Below, piece after piece: positions 60,868 through 64,000 of a DNA stretch of 64,000 nt. The DNA comes from Smithellaceae bacterium (GTDB lineage Bacteria > Desulfobacterota > Syntrophia > Syntrophales > Smithellaceae). How positions within the stretch are numbered: position 1 is the first letter of the stretch; the number at the start of each line of letters is the position of its first letter. The stretch covers positions 2,688,001 to 2,752,000 of the forward strand of contig CAXXVL010000002.1 of the NCBI GenBank assembly GCA_963667845.2, given 5' to 3'. A program made the position numbers and the translations under genes. The notes under the pieces are model-generated. The model saw only the letters and a list, made by a program, of their open reading frames with translations. It did no database searches and had not been told where the DNA came from.

Positions 60868-63567
60868 TCAAGCCGCTTCCAGCTTTACCGCGCAGACTTT
60901 ATATTCCGGAATCTTACCCGTCGGATCAAGTGCCGGATTGGTCAGAGCATTTACGGGGGCATTTGCAAAATGGAAGTTCATGAAAATCGACCCCGGCGCA
61001 CTTTTGGTCGTGACGAGGGCTTTTGCTTCGACCTGACCTCGTCTGGACGTGACCTTGACCAACTGTCCGTCGGAAATACCCAGCTGATCGGCATCATTCG
61101 GGTGGATTTCGACCAGACTTTCCGGATAACGTTCGGACGGTCCCTTGGCGCGGGTCGTCATCGTGCCGGTGTGGTAATGGTACAGGACGCGCCCCGTCGA
61201 GAGCAGGAATGGGTAATCTTTATCCGGTAATTCATTCGGCGGTATGGATTCAATGGCCGTGAAGAGTCCGAGGCCCCGCGAAAAACGGTCTTTATGAAGG
61301 AACTTCGTGCCCGGGTGATCCGGCGTCGGGCAGGGCCATTGCAGACCTTCCTTTTCCAGGCGTTGGTACGTGATCCCGGCGTAGCTTGGCGTTACGGTGA
61401 TCACTTCATCGAAAATATCTTCAGCGGATGCGTAGGTCATCGGATAGCCCATTTTATCGGATAGGCCGCAGATGACTTCCCAGTCCGCTCTGGCCTCGCC
61501 CGGGGCGTCCAGAGCCTTGCGCACGCGCTGCACGCGCCGTTCCGTATTGGTGAAAGTTCCGTCTTTCTCGGCAAATGAGGTTACGGGCAGAACGACATCG
61601 GCAATTTGCGCTGTCTCGGTCATGAAGATATCCTGAACAATCATCAGATCCAGTTTTTTCAGTTCTTCCTTCACATGATGCAGATCAGGGTCGGACAGCA
61701 GCGGATTTTCGCCCATGATATAAAGTGCCTTGATGGCGCCGCTGCCGGCTGCGGACATGATCTCCATCAGCGTCAGACCGGGTTTGGCAGAAAGCTTCGC
61801 GCCCCAGACCTTTTCGAATTTTTTGCGGACATCGTCATTTGCCACCGGTTGATACGCCGGATACACATTAGGCAGAGCACCCACATCACAGGCGCCCTGA
61901 ACGTTATTTTGTCCCCGGAGCGGATTGACGCCGCCTCCTTCGATGCCGACATTGCCGCAGAGCATTGAAAGATTGGCCGTGCTTTTCACGTTGTCGGTTC
62001 CGCTTACGTGCTGCGTCATGCCCATGGCATAAATGATACTGGCGCGGTTGGCACCGGCATACATCCGGGCGGCCTTCTTCAAATCTTCGGCCGGTACGCC
62101 CGAAATTGCTTCAACATAATCGGGCGTATATTTGGCAACCATGGCTTTAAGCGCGTCGAACCCTTCGGTTCTTTCGGCGACGTACTTCTTATCATAGAGG
62201 CCTTCCGAGATAATCACATTCATGAGACCGTTGAAAACAGCCACGTCCGTTCCCGGTTTCTGGCGGAGCCAGATGTCGGCGTATCTGACCAGATCAATTT
62301 CCCGCGGATCGATCACGATCAGCTTGGTGCCGTGCTGTTTGACGGCGCGTTTGACTTTCATGCCGATAATGGGATGATTTTCCGTCGTATTGGTGCCTGT
62401 TGCCAGAATCAAATCCGTAAATTCCAATTCAGCGATCGAATTGGTCATTGCACCGCTGCCGAATGTGGCGGCCAGACCGGCCACCGTTACGGAGTGTCAG
62501 AGACGGGCGCAGTGGTCGACATTGTTGGTGCCGATTGCCGCCCTCATAAATTTCTGGAAAAGATAGTTTTCTTCATTCGTGCAGCGCGCGGAAGAAAGAC
62601 CGGCGATGCTGTCCGCGCCTTTTGCTTTCTTGATGGCCGCCAGTTTATCGGCAATGAAAGTAAAGGCTTCGTCCCATGACGCTTCCGTGAATTCTCCGCC
62701 TTTTTTCATCCGGATCAGTGGTTTGGTCAGGCGGTCGGGGTGGGATACGAAATCCATGCCGAAGCGTCCCTTGACACAGAGACTGCCTTCATTCGGCTGG
62801 CCGTATTCGCGGTTTCCCATGACTTTGACGATTTTATTGTCCTTGGTGTAAAGGTCCATCTGGCAGCCGACTCCGCAGTATGCGCAGGTTGTGTGTACTT
62901 TATTGAGTTCCCAGGGACGGCCGGCGAATTTCGCCTGCTTGAAGGTGATGGCGCCCGTGGGGCAGACCTGGAGGCATTCACCGCAGAAGACGCATGATGA
63001 GTCAATGTAGTCAGCATCGAAAGCCGGGCCCACTTTAGCGCCGGAACTGCGTTTCGCGAAGTCCAGCACTTCATTCACCTGAATCTCATTGCAGGCACGG
63101 ACGCACCGGCCGCAAAGGATGCACTTGTTCAGGTCGCGATAGATCATGGTGTTGCTGCTGTCCAGTGCATAGCCGGGGGGCTCGATTTTGAAACGCGGTT
63201 TATCAATTTGCAGCCAGTATACCAGATTCTGGAGTTCGCACTGGCCGTTCTGCTCACACGTAAGACAGTTGTGATCGCCGGATGACCATAGAAGTTCGAC
63301 GATCATTTTCTGGGCGGCACGGACTGCCGGGGTGTTGGTGCGGACAACCATGCCCGGTGTGATCGGCATACAACATGCCGCAACCAGGCTTCGGGCGTTT
63401 TCGACTTCTACGACGCAAACCCTGCAGGCACCCACATTGGTCGTGTTTTGATAGTGGCAAAGCGTCGGGATAAAAATACCCATACCTCTGGCGCATTCCA
63501 GAATCGTTTGTCCGGGTGTTGCTGATCCTTCTTTCCCATCAATCGTAAGTGTAATCTTTTTTTCCAT
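60868..63567 (-). CDS. fdhF: Selenocysteine-containing formate dehydrogenase alpha subunit with N-terminal Fe-S domains (899 aa)
   Basis: ORFs 62497-63567 and 60868-62484 are in frame across TGA: [48 protein letters not shown], 2Fe-2S and 2x4Fe-4S motifs, C-terminal PEYKVCAV. Confidence 0.93.
62467..62499 (-). promoter_or_regulatory. UGA(Sec) codon plus bacterial SECIS element
   Basis: UGA, 11-nt spacer CACUCCGUAAC, then GGUGGCC-GGUCU-GGCCGCC hairpin, the same geometry as the E. coli fdhF SECIS. Confidence 0.85.
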
Positions 63568-63831
63568 TTTTCCTCTCCCATCTTCAAAGATCGATATCCG
63601 ACGCTCGCTAGAAAAAGCTTAAAAATTTATGCCATTTTAAGCAAAATGACTTATAGTCGTTGACAACCGCTTTGTCAATTATGTCAATTATGTCATAATC
63701 TTATTTTGACTTGTATATTTCGGTTTTATTACGGAATTTAATGTACGCAATTCTCTAAATTCAGGAACTCTTGTTGTCAAATGGACGAAAGGTACTTATA
63801 CTAGGTCCCTGAATACCGAAAAGGAGTTGTC

Positions 63832-64000
63832 ATGTTATCAGGTGCCGAAAAGAATCATTATCAAGAAAACGTTAAAAAAATAAGTGAGTTAAGTTTCTCC
63901 GTGGGGGTTTATCGGCCGCCCAGTGAAGGAGGCAGTTCGTCGCTTCTGCTGCGCATTACTGAGAACTGTCCCTGGAACAAATGCACGTTTTGCGAAATGT
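63832..64000 (+). CDS. Radical SAM protein, 3'-partial (not in ORF track)
   Basis: AAGGAG RBS; MLSGAEK...YRPPSEGGSSSLLLRITENCPWNKCTFCEM. Confidence 0.8.
   Translation, partial: MLSGAEKNHYQENVKKISELSFSVGVYRPPSEGGSSSLLLRITENCPWNKCTFCEM

Noticed and set aside
60868..63567. FDH as a nonsense pseudogene or two separate genes
   Set aside because: The TGA is at the conserved Sec position, in frame, and followed by a SECIS hairpin

Overview
A 64-kb chromosomal window from a Gram-negative (kdsD, lpxH present) anaerobe. The gene content suggests a syntrophic deltaproteobacterium such as Syntrophales/Smithella, which is an inference. In order: a 5'-truncated giant (>5335 aa) multidomain surface protein with a GT-C glycosyltransferase gene behind it; a fadN-like/thiolase beta-oxidation pair; tRNA-Val; GT2 and methyltransferase genes; gamma-CA, kdsD, lpxH; speB plus a pyruvoyl arginine decarboxylase; tRNA-fMet. 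An ~11.4-kb integrase-less island follows, bounded by a degenerate copy of the tRNA-fMet 3' half (40966-41009). It carries an SDR, a 2-hydroxyacyl-CoA dehydratase with its activator, a CoA-transferase, a TRAP transporter, and a PAS-PAS-LuxR regulator whose N-terminus resembles an IS1634 transposase N-terminus. Next come OM beta-barrels, an NCS2 permease with an extra C-terminal domain, a 1400-aa activase fusion, an ALDH-SppA-ABC-S1/P1 nuclease cluster and uppP. Two near-identical fluoride riboswitches use different expression platforms: one precedes a cation:proton antiporter, the other a GTPase-less dynamin-like remnant followed by an IscU-like/GGGtGRT pair. The window ends with an OFA MFS transporter, a selenocysteine formate dehydrogenase alpha subunit (split in the ORF track by UGA, with SECIS) and a partial radical SAM gene. 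All family calls come from motif recognition by eye; no database searches were run.
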